Shown piece after piece: positions 18,111-31,007 of a stretch of DNA of 64,000 nucleotides (positions are counted from its first letter, which is position 1; every line of letters starts with the position of its first letter). Position numbers and translations under genes: made by a program. The DNA is from Balamuthia mandrillaris. Taxonomy: Eukaryota. Below the pieces are notes generated by a model. That model was given only the letters and a program-made list of their open reading frames with translations. It did not search any database and was not told the origin of the DNA. Where the stretch lies: positions 186,001 through 250,000 of the forward strand of contig JAVKOQ020000043.1 of the NCBI GenBank assembly GCA_031835245.2, given 5' to 3'.

Positions 18111-19074
18111 ATGAGCAACAGCGTCCCGCGGCCGTCCAGCGTGCACGCTGCCTCACGCACGGGGCCTCCACCCATCACTCGACCAGAGGCCACAGGAGAA
18201 GAAAACACACAAAACAAGCTCTACGTCGGCAATCTCTCTCCAATGACGACCGAGTACGCTTTTTCTAAATCTTTTGGTTTGCTTCTTTTTTTTTCTTCTC
18301 TTCTTTCTCTCTTCCTATTTCTCCTTCTCTCTCTCTCTCTCTCTGTTGTTTCTCACTTTTTTTTTGCTTCCTCTCTCATAAAAGATATCACATACTTAAA
18401 TTATTCCGGCCGTTTGGCACCATTGTGAGAGAACAGTTTGTGTGGCACAAGCATGGCCCACGAAGAGGAGAGCCCAGAGGCTTTTGCTTCGTGGAGATGT
18501 CCACCAAGGAAGAGGCGGAGGCTGCCATGCAAGCCCTGAACGGGAAGGTGCTTCAAGGACGACCCTTGGCCATTCGGTTTGTTGTTACTAAGGTATGTCT
18601 CCTCTTCTCCTCCATCGATCGTTGCCTCTCTGCTTTTCTGCGCTGTTTTCTCGTTCTTGTGCCATCGCTCTATTCCATCTTCGTTGCTCGTTTCAATGCT
18701 TCTTTTTTCATCTCATCCAAAAAAAAAAAAAATATCAGCAAGAAGAAGAAGCTGCTGCTGCAACGACTACTTCTTCAACGGCTACCACTCCCTCTCCTGG
18801 CTTTTCTTCTTTACCCTCCCTCTCCTCTTCTATATCATCTTCCCGCAAAAACAACACCCTCAGCAGTGCTTCGTCAACGTCAACACCTTCATCAGAGTCA
18901 ACGGCAGAACGAGAGCAAAAACGAAGACGAAGAGAAGCCAAGATAAAGGCCATCCAGGCCAAACTGGCCATGATGGAAGGGAACAAAACAACCAACAAGA
19001 ATGCAAGTGGTGGTGGGGGTCCTTCCAAACGAGGAGGCGGAGGAAGAGACACGTTTCGTTCTCGGCCCTATTGA
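18111..19074 (+). CDS. RBM18: RNA-binding protein RBM18-like (single RRM)
   Basis: NKLYVGNLSPMTTEYHILKLFRPFG...FVWHKHGPRRGEPRGFCFVEM; C-terminal AKIKAIQAKLAMME and terminal RPY. Confidence 0.85.
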
Positions 19075-19184
19075 CTCCTTCTCTTTCCTCTCTTCTGACG
19101 GTTAAAACAAAGTAAGTTATGAAGAATGTACAATCTTTACTAATGGAATAACCCAACAACAAAAAAGACAGTTGCATTCACGCT

Positions 19185-20270
19185 TTAAAGCTCCATGATG
19201 ATCCTGCGGATGTCAGAGCTGGTACGAAGGCTCTCCTCCCTGGTCCTATTGGCCAGCTCCCTGCACTCATCCACCGCACGTTGGGAGAGCTGCCTCATGC
19301 TCTCGCTCTGCCGCTTCAACCTCTCCACCAACGCCTCGGGTCCTTCCTCCTCCTCCTCCTCTTCCTTCTTCTCCTTGTCGCCACCAAGGCTCAAACGCAA
19401 GGTGGCGTCCGCTAGTTGGCTGCAAAGGGCTGTGGATTGGGAGGACAACTCCCCAGCCACACCAGGGGACAAGGACCCCGCCTGATATTGCTGTTGTCTT
19501 TGCAATGTTGAGAGGCGACCGCAGAGCTCGGCGGTTCTTCGGCAGAGCTGGCTGCACTGCTGGGCAATGTCAGAGGACAATGTGGAGCAGAGCTGGCTGT
19601 GCTCCCGGTCGGACTCTTTTTGCTGCTCCAGGGCCGCTTTGATGGACTCTGAGAAGAGGAGGGTCTGCTGGGAGATCTCCTTGGAGTACTTGGCGACCTC
19701 CAGGCTGGTTTCGGTGCAGTTGGCAAGGGTCTCGTCCACCACGCGTCTGGGGCGTTGTTGCGCTTGCTGTGGTTGTTTGGACGGGGGATCCCATTGGGAG
19801 GGATCTGCCAATGGGGGATATTCCTTTTCCTCCTTGCTGAGCACGTTGTTATGGGCAGAAGCAGAAGAAGCAGTAGTAGTAGCGGGCAAGGGGCCTTTCT
19901 CTATGGTGATCTTGATCCTTTTGTCCGCAGCTGGTTCGTTGACGAGAGAAACGGTGGCGGTGGCGGTGGCGGTGGTGGAGGCAGAGGAGGCGGAGACAAT
20001 GAGACGCAAAATGGGCGGCACGTTGTCCTTGCTCAGCCGGAAGGCCTCGCTGAGCTCCTCGTCAGAGGTTATGGAGATGAGGTCGCCCTCGTCGTCCACG
20101 TATTTGACGACGAGGCTGCCCGGCTCTTTATCGACGTGTCGGCCAGAGTAGACGGCGGCGAGGTGCGCGCAAAGCTCCTCATACCTACAGGAAAGGGGCA
20201 AGGAGAAGCGTCTGAGGTCTTCCCCAAACTTGCTTTTCACCGTGATGAGCTGCTGTGGTTGTGTCTCCAT
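19185..20270 (-). CDS. PB1-domain protein with C-terminal helical/coiled-coil region (intronless)
   Basis: ITVKSKFGEDLRRFSL...VKYVDDEGDLISITSDEELSEAF is a type I/II PB1 domain with the OPCA motif. Confidence 0.85.
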   Translation of the reverse strand: METQPQQLITVKSKFGEDLRRFSLPLSCRYEELCAHLAAVYSGRHVDKEPGSLVVKYVDDEGDLISITSDEELSEAFRLSKDNVPPILRLIVSASSASTTATATATVSLVNEPAADKRIKITIEKGPLPATTTASSASAHNNVLSKEEKEYPPLADPSQWDPPSKQPQQAQQRPRRVVDETLANCTETSLEVAKYSKEISQQTLLFSESIKAALEQQKESDREHSQLCSTLSSDIAQQCSQLCRRTAELCGRLSTLQRQQQYQAGSLSPGVAGELSSQSTALCSQLADATLRLSLGGDKEKKEEEEEEEGPEALVERLKRQSESMRQLSQRAVDECRELANRTREESLRTSSDIRRIIMEL

Positions 20271-20778
20271 CTCTCTTTTTCTTCTTTTTCTCGAAAGATA
20301 AAATGTTACGTTGAAATTTTATTTTGTTGAGTGGCGAAATGCTTTCGGTGAATTACTTGAAGAAATGGGCGCTGGCAAAGGATGTCTAGAGAAAAAGCGC
20401 AGAACCGTCGGACGTTGTCCTCCCTGAAAAGGCCTGTTTGATGTTCCTCCGAAAATTTTCCGAAACCTAAAAAATTTCGTTGAAGTTTCCGTTAACGCTG
20501 AAGAAATGGAGCTCCACTGCTGGACAAAAAATTTCGCGACGACATGAGATGTTAAACACTGATAAAGGAAGAAAGCAGTGGCGGGAAGGAAGGAACATGC
20601 TTGGTAGCAGCATTCGTGGCGGTCGCCTTGGCTCCCCGCGGTTCCTCGCGGGATGTTGCACCGACACGGCCCTTCGCGGGTAAAAGAAGGAGAGAGAAAG
20701 AGAGAAGTTTATATAAGAGAATTAGAATCTGACCGTCCTGTTCTTTTTTTAAAAAAAAAAAAAAACAACACACACAGA

Positions 20779-22689
20779 ATGCTTCCTGTTTTTCCGTTGA
20801 GAGGATCGCCTGCAACATCAGCAACAGTTTGGCTGTATCCCTCCTCCTCCTCCTTCTTCTTCTCCACTTTCTGCTCCACTACTCGTTCTGCTTCTCTCTC
20901 GTCTTTTCACCCCATGAACAACAGCAACAATAAACCCTCTACAGCAACACCACCACTCCGACTCTTCTCAACCACCACTTCTGCCCCCTCTGCCACACCT
21001 TACAGCACGACAGCCACCGCTACTACTGCTTCCACAACAGTGCCACAGGAACAGGCGGCCCTCCAAATGAACCGCGAAGAGCTGCTGATGCACAGCAAGT
21101 CGCTCATTCGACAACGACGCTGGAAGGAGGTGCACGAGCTGCTCTTCTCCTCCTCCTCGTTCTCCTCCTCCACCGACCGTGGCGTCCTGATTCATATGTT
21201 GGCCTACTTGGGCTACTCCTTTCGTCCTCACTTTGGGCTGGCGGCCGCTCGCGGCTATCTTGCTCTCTCTCTGCGCCTGCTGGACGAGCTGCGCCAACAG
21301 CCTCCTTCTCCCTATCATCCTTCCTACTATCCCTCTTCTTCTCCCTCCTACTCCTCGCCCACCATCTCCGTGGAGCTGATGAACCGGTTGTTGGGAGTTG
21401 CCTGCCGTGCGCGTGACATACAAGGCGCTACCGACGTCTTTGCCAAGGGAGTGAAACTGGGCGCCCACCCGGATGAGTACTCCTTTGCGTGCCTCGGCAA
21501 GACCTTGATCCGAGCCAACAACATGCAAGCGGCAATGATGCGCGACAACACCTCGTCGCCGAAAAAGAGAGAGCCAAGGGATCACATGAGACAGGACTAC
21601 CTCCTCAACCAGAAGCAGAGCTCTCTTCGTCGTCAAGCAAAGCAACAGCAGGGTCATCGTGAACCTGGAGAAGTGGATGAGGGATATCAGCAACACATGG
21701 CACTACCGGAGGAGGAACAAAAGGTCATCATGGAGGAAGGTTACGATGATCAACACAAATATCTGCTTGCCAATGACGACGAAGCGGAAGAAGACCAAAA
21801 CGAACCAAATGATACAAAAGAAGAGCAACAGCAAGGAGGAGAAAAGAAATGGACTGTGGAGGATCAACAAAAGGAGATGAAAGACCTTACGCTCATCGTC
21901 GAGGAGGCTCGCCGGAATGGCGTCCGCCTAACGGCTGTTCCTTTCAACGCCTTCCTTGTAGCCCTCTCCCTTCGTCCCAACGCCATGAACTGCGTGCAAC
22001 AAGTGCTCCAGCTGATGGAGCGCATGGGCGTCACTCCCGATAACGGCACCTGGTCTCGTTTGCTCCAAGTCATCGTAAACCAGGAAAAGGATCTCCGAAA
22101 GGCGTTCGACTTTGTGGCGGAGGTAGCCAAAGCGCATCGCGCCACTACCAGCTTGTTCAACCAGCTCCTTCGCCTCTGTGCCGCCTTAAAGAAGACGGAT
22201 GCGGCCTTCTTCGTGATGGATCGCATGATGGAGCACAAACTGGAGCCCGATACCTTCACGTATACCCTGTTGATGGCGGCCTGTAGCAAAACAGCAGATC
22301 TCGAAAGGGCCTACCAGCTTTTGGAGATGATGAGGGAGAGAGCCGTGCGTGGTAACGTCGTGCTCTATAACAGCCTGTTGACGACCATGCTGAAGGCGCA
22401 CCGCGCGGAGGATGCCATGCGGCTGCTTCACGACATGCGGACGGATGAGCACCTGCCTCGTCCTGATATAGTGACGTATAACGCACTGTTGGCGCTTTGC
22501 CTGCAGAATCACTCCATCGCGCAGACGTGCCTTCCTATAGTGTTTAACTGTATGGTGGCGGATCGGATGCAGCCCGACATGGACACGAAGAGGAGTCTCC
22601 AGAAATTCTTCAAGTTTTATGGGGAGAGAGCGATGGGCAGAAAGTACCACTGGTTAAAGGCGCATTGGCGTATCAAGGCTGCTTCTTAA
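20779..22689 (+). CDS. Pentatricopeptide-repeat (PPR) protein, probably mitochondrial (intronless)
   Basis: Repeats such as PDTFTYTLLMAACSK, NVVLYNSLLTTMLK and PDIVTYNALLALC; Ser/Thr/Arg-rich N-terminus typical of a transit peptide. Confidence 0.88.
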   Translation: MLPVFPLRGSPATSATVWLYPSSSSFFFSTFCSTTRSASLSSFHPMNNSNNKPSTATPPLRLFSTTTSAPSATPYSTTATATTASTTVPQEQAALQMNREELLMHSKSLIRQRRWKEVHELLFSSSSFSSSTDRGVLIHMLAYLGYSFRPHFGLAAARGYLALSLRLLDELRQQPPSPYHPSYYPSSSPSYSSPTISVELMNRLLGVACRARDIQGATDVFAKGVKLGAHPDEYSFACLGKTLIRANNMQAAMMRDNTSSPKKREPRDHMRQDYLLNQKQSSLRRQAKQQQGHREPGEVDEGYQQHMALPEEEQKVIMEEGYDDQHKYLLANDDEAEEDQNEPNDTKEEQQQGGEKKWTVEDQQKEMKDLTLIVEEARRNGVRLTAVPFNAFLVALSLRPNAMNCVQQVLQLMERMGVTPDNGTWSRLLQVIVNQEKDLRKAFDFVAEVAKAHRATTSLFNQLLRLCAALKKTDAAFFVMDRMMEHKLEPDTFTYTLLMAACSKTADLERAYQLLEMMRERAVRGNVVLYNSLLTTMLKAHRAEDAMRLLHDMRTDEHLPRPDIVTYNALLALCLQNHSIAQTCLPIVFNCMVADRMQPDMDTKRSLQKFFKFYGERAMGRKYHWLKAHWRIKAAS

Positions 22690-22723
22690 AAAAACATAAA
22701 ATAAATAAACAAAACGTTTGAAC

Positions 22724-22767
<44 letters not shown>

Positions 22768-22770
22768 ACA

Positions 22771-24340
22771 CTAAGAAGAAGAAGCGGCAGCAGCAGCTTC
22801 CAAACGACGAAGCACGCGGCCCATGCGATGAAAGGCAAGAGCAAGGCCGACATCCGACACGGCCGCGAAGCAACAACGGAAGAATCCAGCCTCCTTGCAA
22901 AAACAGCTCAGGCCAGGAGTCATGATCACCTTTGCTTCACCCGTCATCATCGTCCACAACAGCATCTCTTTCTGTTGCTGCTGCTGTTCTTCTGAACCGT
23001 TGGAGGAGGAAGAAGAAGCTGAAGGCAAATACTTTAACCAACGGCGAAGATCCAACCAAACAAAGAAGCCGGCGTTGGAGGGAAGAACCGGAATGCCTTC
23101 TTGCGTGGCCGCCTCGCGAACCGTTCGATGCAAGCCAGAAAGAAGAATCTGGTTCTTGAGAAGAAAGGCGGCCAGTCGCTCCTCTTGGAGCAGCAGGTGA
23201 CGAAGAGAGTGTTGCACCAGGTTGGAGCAGAGGCAAAAGTAGAGGAGACCGCCGAGAGAGGCGTGAAGCTGTTTGTTCTCGGTATAGATGGCGCCACAAC
23301 GAAAGCCGCTCATGCCAAAGTCTTTGCTGAAGCCATAAATGATGTGTATACGATCGTTCATGGAAGCCGACTTTGTTGCTGTTTCTTTTTCTTCTTCGTG
23401 GAGAGAGAAGGAATGGTCGTAGAAAGAAGCGGCAGAAGTGAAGTCACGACCACGTTGAGCGAAGGAGAGAGCGCGGTTGTAGCCCTTTACTTGAGAGACG
23501 GCAGCGGTAGCGAAGGAGGGATCGTTAAAAGGTATGCCTTCATCTTCGTCAGCTTCTTCTTTATCTTCTTTTCCTTCGGCCGAGTTTGGTTTGGCAAAGA
23601 TGGAAGCAGCGTAGATTTCTGTTACAATTGTCATTATATAAGAAAGAAGGAAAGCAGAAAACGGAAAGAACAAACCATCAGAAACCAAGTGTAATCCATT
23701 TCTATAGGACCAACGAGTTATGGCAGCCATTTCCTCATAGGAGTAAGAAGTGCCCAACGGATTGTTGGGGGAGGTCAACAGCAACACTTTACAGCGAATG
23801 CCTTCGTTTGTGGCCCTCTTCAATGCCTCATCTAAAACTGCCTCATTGAACTTGAATCCATCTTCAGGCCTTTGATAGGCTGGCACCAATGTACTATTAA
23901 TTGAACATCGGATTAAACAAAAGAACTGGGGTAATAAAGAAGAACAACAAGAAGGACAAGGACAAGGACAAGGACAAGGACAAGGACAAGGACAAGGACA
24001 AGGACAAGGACAAGGACAAGGACAAGGACAAGGACAAAGGACAAGGACAAGGACAAGGACAAGGACAAGGACAAGGACAAGGACAAGGACAAGGACAAGG
24101 ACAAGGACAAGGACAAGGACAAGGACAAGGACGAACCATCCAATTTTGTAGGTTATATCCATAATGAATCCAGGGTACATTGGAGTAAGCACAATAACGC
24201 CTTCGCCACGCTCGCAGAGACAGAACATGAGAGTCTCAACAGCCGAACCACAACCAGCAGTCAAGGAGAGGTTCTCCGCTGAGAAGGTTCTTTTATGGTC
24301 GATTCTTGCTCCTTTGCACTGAAGAGAGAAACAAAACGAG

Positions 24341-24387
<47 letters not shown>

Positions 24388-24459
24388 CAACGACAACAAC
24401 GAAGAAGAAAATCAAGAAGGAAGAGAAGTGAGAAAAAGAACGAAACGAGGTGTTGCAAC

Positions 24460-24500
<41 letters not shown>

Positions 24501-24959
24501 CCAGGAAGACGTATTTGAGGAGAAAAGAAGAAAGTAACGTTTGACGAAAGGCAGCATTGCCATGCATGTCATCATAGGCAGCCACAGTCTCTGGAATAGG
24601 CTCCTCAAACGCTGTCCTCACATCTTTTTCCAAACTTTAAAATCCAAGAAAAAGTTGTCCGTCAGTGGTGGCAAGAATGAAGAAAGATGTGTATGTGTAT
24701 GTGAGTGTGAGTGAGCGAGAGAGAGAGAGAGAGAGAGAGAGAAGGAGGAGGAGGAGCACAAGTACATGGGCCAATCGTGCTTGTTCTCCGCGACGGCCAG
24801 GTTGATGTAGCCCTCCGGGTTGAGCTGTTCGGACCATGGGTTTTGCATGGCTTGCAGCGCGGGCCCCAAGTACTGCATGGAGGGATGGCCCTCAGCACAC
24901 TTGAGGCCTCTCCGGCTGAGCCCTGGCTCCTGCACCACAACAGTCGCGCTCTGCTCCAT
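22771..24959 (-). CDS. ACC-synthase-like PLP-dependent aminotransferase (class I/II)
   Basis: GYINLAVAENK, AGCGSAVETL, TPMYPGF, LLLTSPNNPLG, SDEIYA (spliced), YGFSKDFGMSGFRCG (PLP lysine), AGFFVWLDL, GFFRCCFA. Confidence 0.88.
23945..24131. repeat. Intronic (GGACAA)n hexanucleotide repeat
   Basis: About 30 tandem ggacaa units with one single-base slip near 24038, inside an intron of the aminotransferase gene. Confidence 0.9.
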
Positions 24960-25059
24960 CTCCGCTTTCAACACAAAACAAAAAAAAATTACAATTTATC
25001 GTGTCGTCCCGAATTAACACTCCAAATTTACCGTGTCGTCATGAAATGTGGAGGCGGGT

Positions 25060-25377
25060 TCAGCTCTCCTTCCCTGGAGGCAGGTTCTCCTTGTAGTAGT
25101 CAAGGCCGAAGCAGCCCCGAATGCAGTCGGCCCAGCTGCCGCATAGCCAGTAGCAAGGGCAACAAAAAACGCAGCAGTAGCAGCTGAGCTCGTCGTTGCA
25201 GCGGCCGCCGCAACAGAAGCAATGGAAGCCCTCTCCCTCGTTTCCGCCGATGTAGACGTTGCAGGTGAGCGTCCACACGAGGCACTGCGCGCAACCGCCT
25301 TGACAAGGACCTCCGGTGGGGTTCACCCCATCCTCTCTGCTCATCGTCTCTCCCGCTTTCCTTTGGTCTCCCTCCAT
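25060..25377 (-). CDS. Small cysteine-rich protein (possible palmitoylated/CYSTM-like membrane protein)
   Basis: MEGDQRK...CQGGCAQCLVWTLTC...HCFCCGGRC..LSCYCCVFCCPCYWLCG; GC-rich coding-like composition. The start could be further upstream (~25449). Confidence 0.55.
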   Translation of the reverse strand: MEGDQRKAGETMSREDGVNPTGGPCQGGCAQCLVWTLTCNVYIGGNEGEGFHCFCCGGRCNDELSCYCCVFCCPCYWLCGSWADCIRGCFGLDYYKENLPPGKES

Positions 25378-25760
25378 CTCCGTCGTTGTGTTTCTCTTTT
25401 CTTCTTTTGATTGCCGGGGGTATACTCTTGTCGACAGTAATGCCACCATGCGCTGCACTCCTGTTGTCCCTTCAGCGTTTGCATTTTGTGCTCACAAAAA
25501 AAATTGTTTTCAGTCCCTCATCACCATGCTTCTCGTGCTGGGGATGAATGAGCCCCAAGGATGTAAAGCAAATGGAAAGGTCCTCGTTTTTTGTTTTGTT
25601 ATATGTTTTTGTTTTGAACAGGCGCATGGAAGTTGTTTGCGCCTCTATGTGCACCGCAACCTACGCGCATTCCCTACAAGTGGACACATCTGGATGCTCC
25701 GGATCGGTTTTAAAAAACAAAAAAAGAAAAAGTATAATAATTATTAACTTGTTATTAATA

Positions 25761-26889
25761 ATGCAAGAAACAAAAGGTTACGAGACTGCTATACGCACCA
25801 TGAGCTCGGAGAAGGCGGAGCAAGAACACCTCTCCTCATCCTCTTCTTCTGTAGAAAATGAATCGCTCCCTTCCTCTTCCAACAGCAACACGAGCAATCC
25901 AGATAAGAAGAACAACAACAAGAAAAAGACCTCCTCCTCCTCAAGAACAGATTCCGTTCAACGAAGACGAAAGCTGAGCCGGCCCTGGACTTTCTCTCTC
26001 CCTCTCAACACCAGTCGCGACAAAATCTCTTCTGCGGCGGCCTCAGCTGAGCCTCCAACTCCTTCTTCTTCCTCTTCTTCTCTTTCTTCCATTCCTCCTC
26101 TTTCTTTCTCTTCTTTCTCTTTCAATGGCGAAGAGGAGAACATGCAACGCCTGTTAGAAGAGAGCAAGCGGCTGCGAGAGCACGTGGCTTGTTGGCACGA
26201 AGCATCGCAGCGTTACGCCGTGGCGGGACGTCAGTTGAACGACCACGCCAGAGGATTGCTCTCTGCCATGGGCGCTTACGTTTGTCAGCACGAATCGATC
26301 GACTCTGCCTCTTCCATACGGCCTTCTTCCAGTGCTTCTTCTTGCTCTTCTTCTTCTTCTTCTTCTTCTTCTTCTTCTTCTTCTTCTTCTTCTTCTTCTG
26401 CTTCCACTGCCGATACTGCTGCAAAAGTTGACGACGAAGAATGTGAACAAGAAGAGAAGAAGGGAGAAAGCGAGAACGAGCAGAAAGGAAAAGAGAAGGA
26501 GGAAGACGCCGAAACCGATAATAAAACAGAAAATGGGATAGCGGAGAAGAGAGAGGGAGAAGCGATGAAAACGGTGCAAGAAGAGAAAGGAGAAAAAATA
26601 AGCGAAGAGGAGGAGAGCGAAGAGGAGAAGCAATGGGACGCGCTCGATTCGACGGAGCGACTCACCATGACGCTAGTAAAGGCATTAACCAAAGTAGAGA
26701 GCATGAAAAACGCTTTAGTACGTCGTCTTTCTTTGCTTCGTCGTGTTCTTCTGCTTCTTTTATCATTTGTTAAAGAAACTTTCTTTAACCAATACTATAA
26801 AAAAGCACAAACAAATGGAAGTACTGTTAACGTTACCACTGTCGCATTATCTTGGCGTTGATATTCAAGGCGTGCTTGTATGTTCTCTC

Positions 26890-26920
<31 letters not shown>

Positions 26921-26999
26921 TTTCTTCAACGGTTTCACCTGACATATGAAATTGTTAACAGAACATGGAGAAGGAATGGAGGTACATTCTCCCTCTCTG

Positions 27000-27043
<44 letters not shown>

Positions 27044-28474
27044 GAAAACCTAACACTCAAAAAACACAACAGAGAACGAAAACAAAAGTTAACTCGGTTG
27101 CAAACCAAGCTCAACCAAAAAATGAAGGCAGACAGTCAATCCTACAAAACCAAACAACTGGAAACAAAACTCCAAGAGGCGGTTACCGACTTTGAGGTAA
27201 CGCTACCATTCCTTTTCTTTCTTATCGTTTCCTTCTTTCCTCTAACCACGATGCTGTTATTGCAGTTGTTGGATATGGCGTTTCGTCTTCGGTTAAGAGA
27301 GATTCATAAAGAGAAATACTTTAACTTGAATCGATGGCTGCTCGCTTGGAGCTTTGTCAATCTTAGGTTTTATTTGTTTAATGTATCTTCTCTTCGTTTT
27401 CTTCTCTTACCTTTATTTTCTAAAAAAACAGTTTCTTTAGGCAAGGGTACCATTACCTTGGAGGTCTTGAGCCACTCATGCGACAACACACTCTTCAAAT
27501 GAATATTGTACGTTGCTGCTTCTTCCAGTTGTTGCTTTTATTGTTTAGATACATTCTTCTAAACTATTTTCTTGGTCAGACATCAAAAGAGGAAGCGAAC
27601 AAAGAAACCCAGTACCAACAGGAACAACTTGGTCAAGAACGTCTAAAATCGGTAACCTTTCTTCTCTCTTCAGATTATGCTTCCTTCGTCCTTCTCACTT
27701 ATGAACATAATACAGAAACGTGGAAGAGAGAAATATGAAACTGTAACAGAGAGAGAAGGCTTTCTTCTCTATCGCAACAAGCCTACATGGTTCGTGGTGA
27801 GAGGTGGCTCCATGGGTTACTACAAAAGCTGGAAGGCTGTCGAAGACCACAAGATAAAAGGGGGACCATTCGCGCTGGCCTTTTGCACCGTTCGACCGAG
27901 CGAAGACAGCGAAGACCTCAAAAAGCGTCTCATCTTTCACGTCTACACCCCACAAACTACCCTCACCTTACAAGCGATGAACAGCACTGAGTATGAAGAA
28001 TGGATGACCGTATTGGAGAATGCTATAGCGGAGGCTGTTCGAGAGAACAACAACAACAACGCGAATAATAATTACTACAGCAACACTATAACTGCAACGT
28101 TACCCAAGATTCCTCCTTCAGTTCTTCCTTCGCCAAGGACCGTCACGACCGCGCGGTCCTACCCTCATTATACGGTGACGACGGTTACATCTCCGACGGC
28201 AACAATCGGTTCGACTTCAGGTTCTACCGTGACATTCTCGACGACTTTGGGAGAAGGAAGGGGTGGAAAGAAGATTCCGGTATCAAAGTTTGAGGAAGGA
28301 AGCAAGTGCGTTAGAGGAAGAGCGCTTTTGCAGCAGCTTTATGCGGCCAATAAACGGAATAAGACGTGTGCCGATTGCGAGGATAAGGACCCTACTTGGT
28401 GTTGCTACAATCTCGGAAGTCTTATTTGCAGTCAGGTTAGTACTCCCTTCGTTTTTCTATTTTGTTTTTGTGGT

Positions 28475-28515
<41 letters not shown>

Positions 28516-28832
28516 TAACCATCGATTGTTGCTTCGTGTTGTTCTTAACAGTGTGCTGCTGTGCATCGATCGCTTGGTTCCAATCTGAGCAAAGTGCAAT
28601 CGTTGGAGGTGGATTGGTGGGAACCTCATCTCGTCAAGGTATTAACAACAAAACAAAAACATGTCTTTGTTCTTGTGGTATATAGTCTGTGAACTGACAA
28701 ACCCTTTTTTTTAATGAAAAGATGGTGGAAATGTTAGGTAATGAGAAGATAAACAAGGTCTATGAATTCAAGATCTACGAACAAGAGAATCCGCTTAGAG
28801 CGCATCCTTCCTCCTCCTTGTGAGTTTTCTCT

Positions 28833-28875
<43 letters not shown>

Positions 28876-29797
28876 TCTCCTCTCATTACCACGTTGTTCT
28901 TATATGTTTTTATTTTGTTTGCAGTGATGAGAAAGAGGCGTGGATTCAAGCCAAGTATGTCGAGCGCAGGTTCATCAAAGATACCAACGTTTATCCCTCC
29001 GAGGTACCTCTTCTTTTCTGTTCAGCTTCATTCTCCCTCTCTTTTTTAAACTCACGTATTGGGGGTTTTGGTGTTCCGCTCATTTAAAGCAACTGTTTCG
29101 CACTGTAGAAGAGGTGGTGGGTGAGCAACGTACTGTGGAATCTGCTCTTTACAAGGCGCTTCGGCTGAAGGCTTGTGGGGCAGACATCGACTGGAAGCGC
29201 AAATACAGCGGCGTTACGTCCCTCGCCAAAGCTGTCGAAAGCCAATCCCTCTGCCTTGTTGACTTTTTGCTCCTCAACGATGCCAACCCCAACACCTTGG
29301 ACATCGTTGGACGTTCGCCTCTGGTAAAACTTCTCTTTCACTTTTCTCTTTCCACATCCTGGTATTTGTTTGACTCTTCGACCCTCCCACAGTTCAAATG
29401 CGTGGAGATCCATTGGACCGAAGGAGCAAAGCTGTTGCTAGAAAGAGGAGCACTCATGCGAGCACTCCAACAAGACGAAGACCAGCAACAACAAAAAGGA
29501 GGAGGAGCAGCCCCAAAGTGCGAGCTAAGCCTCTCCAGAGAAAAAGGTTTCATGGACGTGATCTTCTTGTTGGAACAACATCTCGAACGTCGAACGAACG
29601 GTGACAGCGGGTCGACCATCACCTCCGCAACATCTTCTCCGGTCATCCCCCGGCAAAAGGGTCAAAACGAAGAAACATCCTTTGAAGGAGAAGAGGAAGA
29701 AGAAGAGGAGGAAAGCAGCAGTAGCAGTTGTAGTAGTAGCAGCAATAGCAGCAGCAACAGTGTTAAAACGAAAGCAACGAAAGATAAAAATGTTTGA
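25761..29797 (+). CDS. ACAP/centaurin-like Arf GTPase-activating protein (helical BAR-like region, PH, ArfGAP, ankyrin)
   Basis: PH domain (EREGFLLY..WFVVRGG...TLQAMNSTEYEEWMTVL); ArfGAP zinc finger CADC-x16-CSQC..VHR (spliced); GNEKINKVYE; EKEAWIQAKYVERRF; ankyrin-like repeats. Start uncertain (25761 or 25800). Confidence 0.85.
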
Positions 29798-29853
29798 AAA
29801 AAGAGAGAAGCAACTTGAGCTTTGTTTTTCTGGTTCTGTTTTTTCTTTGTTGA

Positions 29854-30948
29854 TCAGTTGACTGTCTCGATGATGTTCTTGCTTCGCTCTTTCTTTCGAG
29901 GGATGGAGTCGGGCTTGCTGTGAGCACGTCGGTTGGTCTCTTTGCGCTCTTGTGCTGTCTTCATAGTCACTTTCAGCTTTTGGGCCAAGTGAATTGACTT
30001 TGGAACGTGTCGATGTCTGTTGTATTCATTCATCAGTAAATACATCCATTTCACCGATAGAAGAGAGAGAGAGAGAGAGAGAGAGAGATACCTTTCAATG
30101 CGTTTCACTTCAGGAAGGTTTCTGTAACGCTGCTTAAGTTTTTCGTTGTACTCGAGCTTTTGTTTCTCTCGTGGATTCAACTGGGTTTTTTTTATTAAAA
30201 CAACAAATGTTAGAACAACATTAAGCGAGGGAGGGAGAGAGAAGATAACGAACAATCTTGACAGGAGCTGAGGCTTGAGCCTTCCAAAGCCGAATGTTGG
30301 TATCATCAGAACCAGTTAAAACATATCTTGAATCAGAAGTAAACTTGATGCAAAATATGCTGTGGAGAGAAATAAGTCGTTTGAACGCAATTTTGAAAAT
30401 AGGGAAAAGAAACCAAAAAAGAAATGAAAGAAATACCGTTGCATGCGTTTTGTGTGATAGACTTCTCTGCTGCGACCACCTTCGACTGGAAAGATTCGCA
30501 GAGTGCGATCATAGGAACCAGTAGCAAACTCTTGCCCGGTTGGGGAATAGTCTATGTCCAGACTTCAAGACAGCATTAAAAAAACAATATTCATAATGGA
30601 GAGAGAGAGAACGAGAACGAGAACGAGAACGAGAACGAGAACGAGAACGAGAACGAGAACGAGAACGAGAACGAGAACGAGAACGTACACAGCAGAAACG
30701 TGGTCTTTGTGAACATTTTGAGCAATATCTAGTCTGCGCATGTCAAAGGTATAACAGTTGTGGTCTTCATTTGCCTGTTACAACAATAAACAACATATTA
30801 ATTGACACGAAGCGCATAAGCTCATTAATAAAAGTACCAGGGTAAAGTTAAATGCTTCCATTGGGTTCCATGCTATCGCGTTCGTTTTCATCTATTTTTT
30901 TAAAAAAAAGTCAGTCCATCATCCAGCTTGTGCTTTGAGAAAGAATAT

Positions 30949-31007
<59 letters not shown>

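Noticed and set aside
23945..24131. CRISPR-like or coding repeat (DKDK/GQGQ/CPCP ORFs)
   Set aside because: Simple hexamer microsatellite with no spacers, inside a GT-AG intron.
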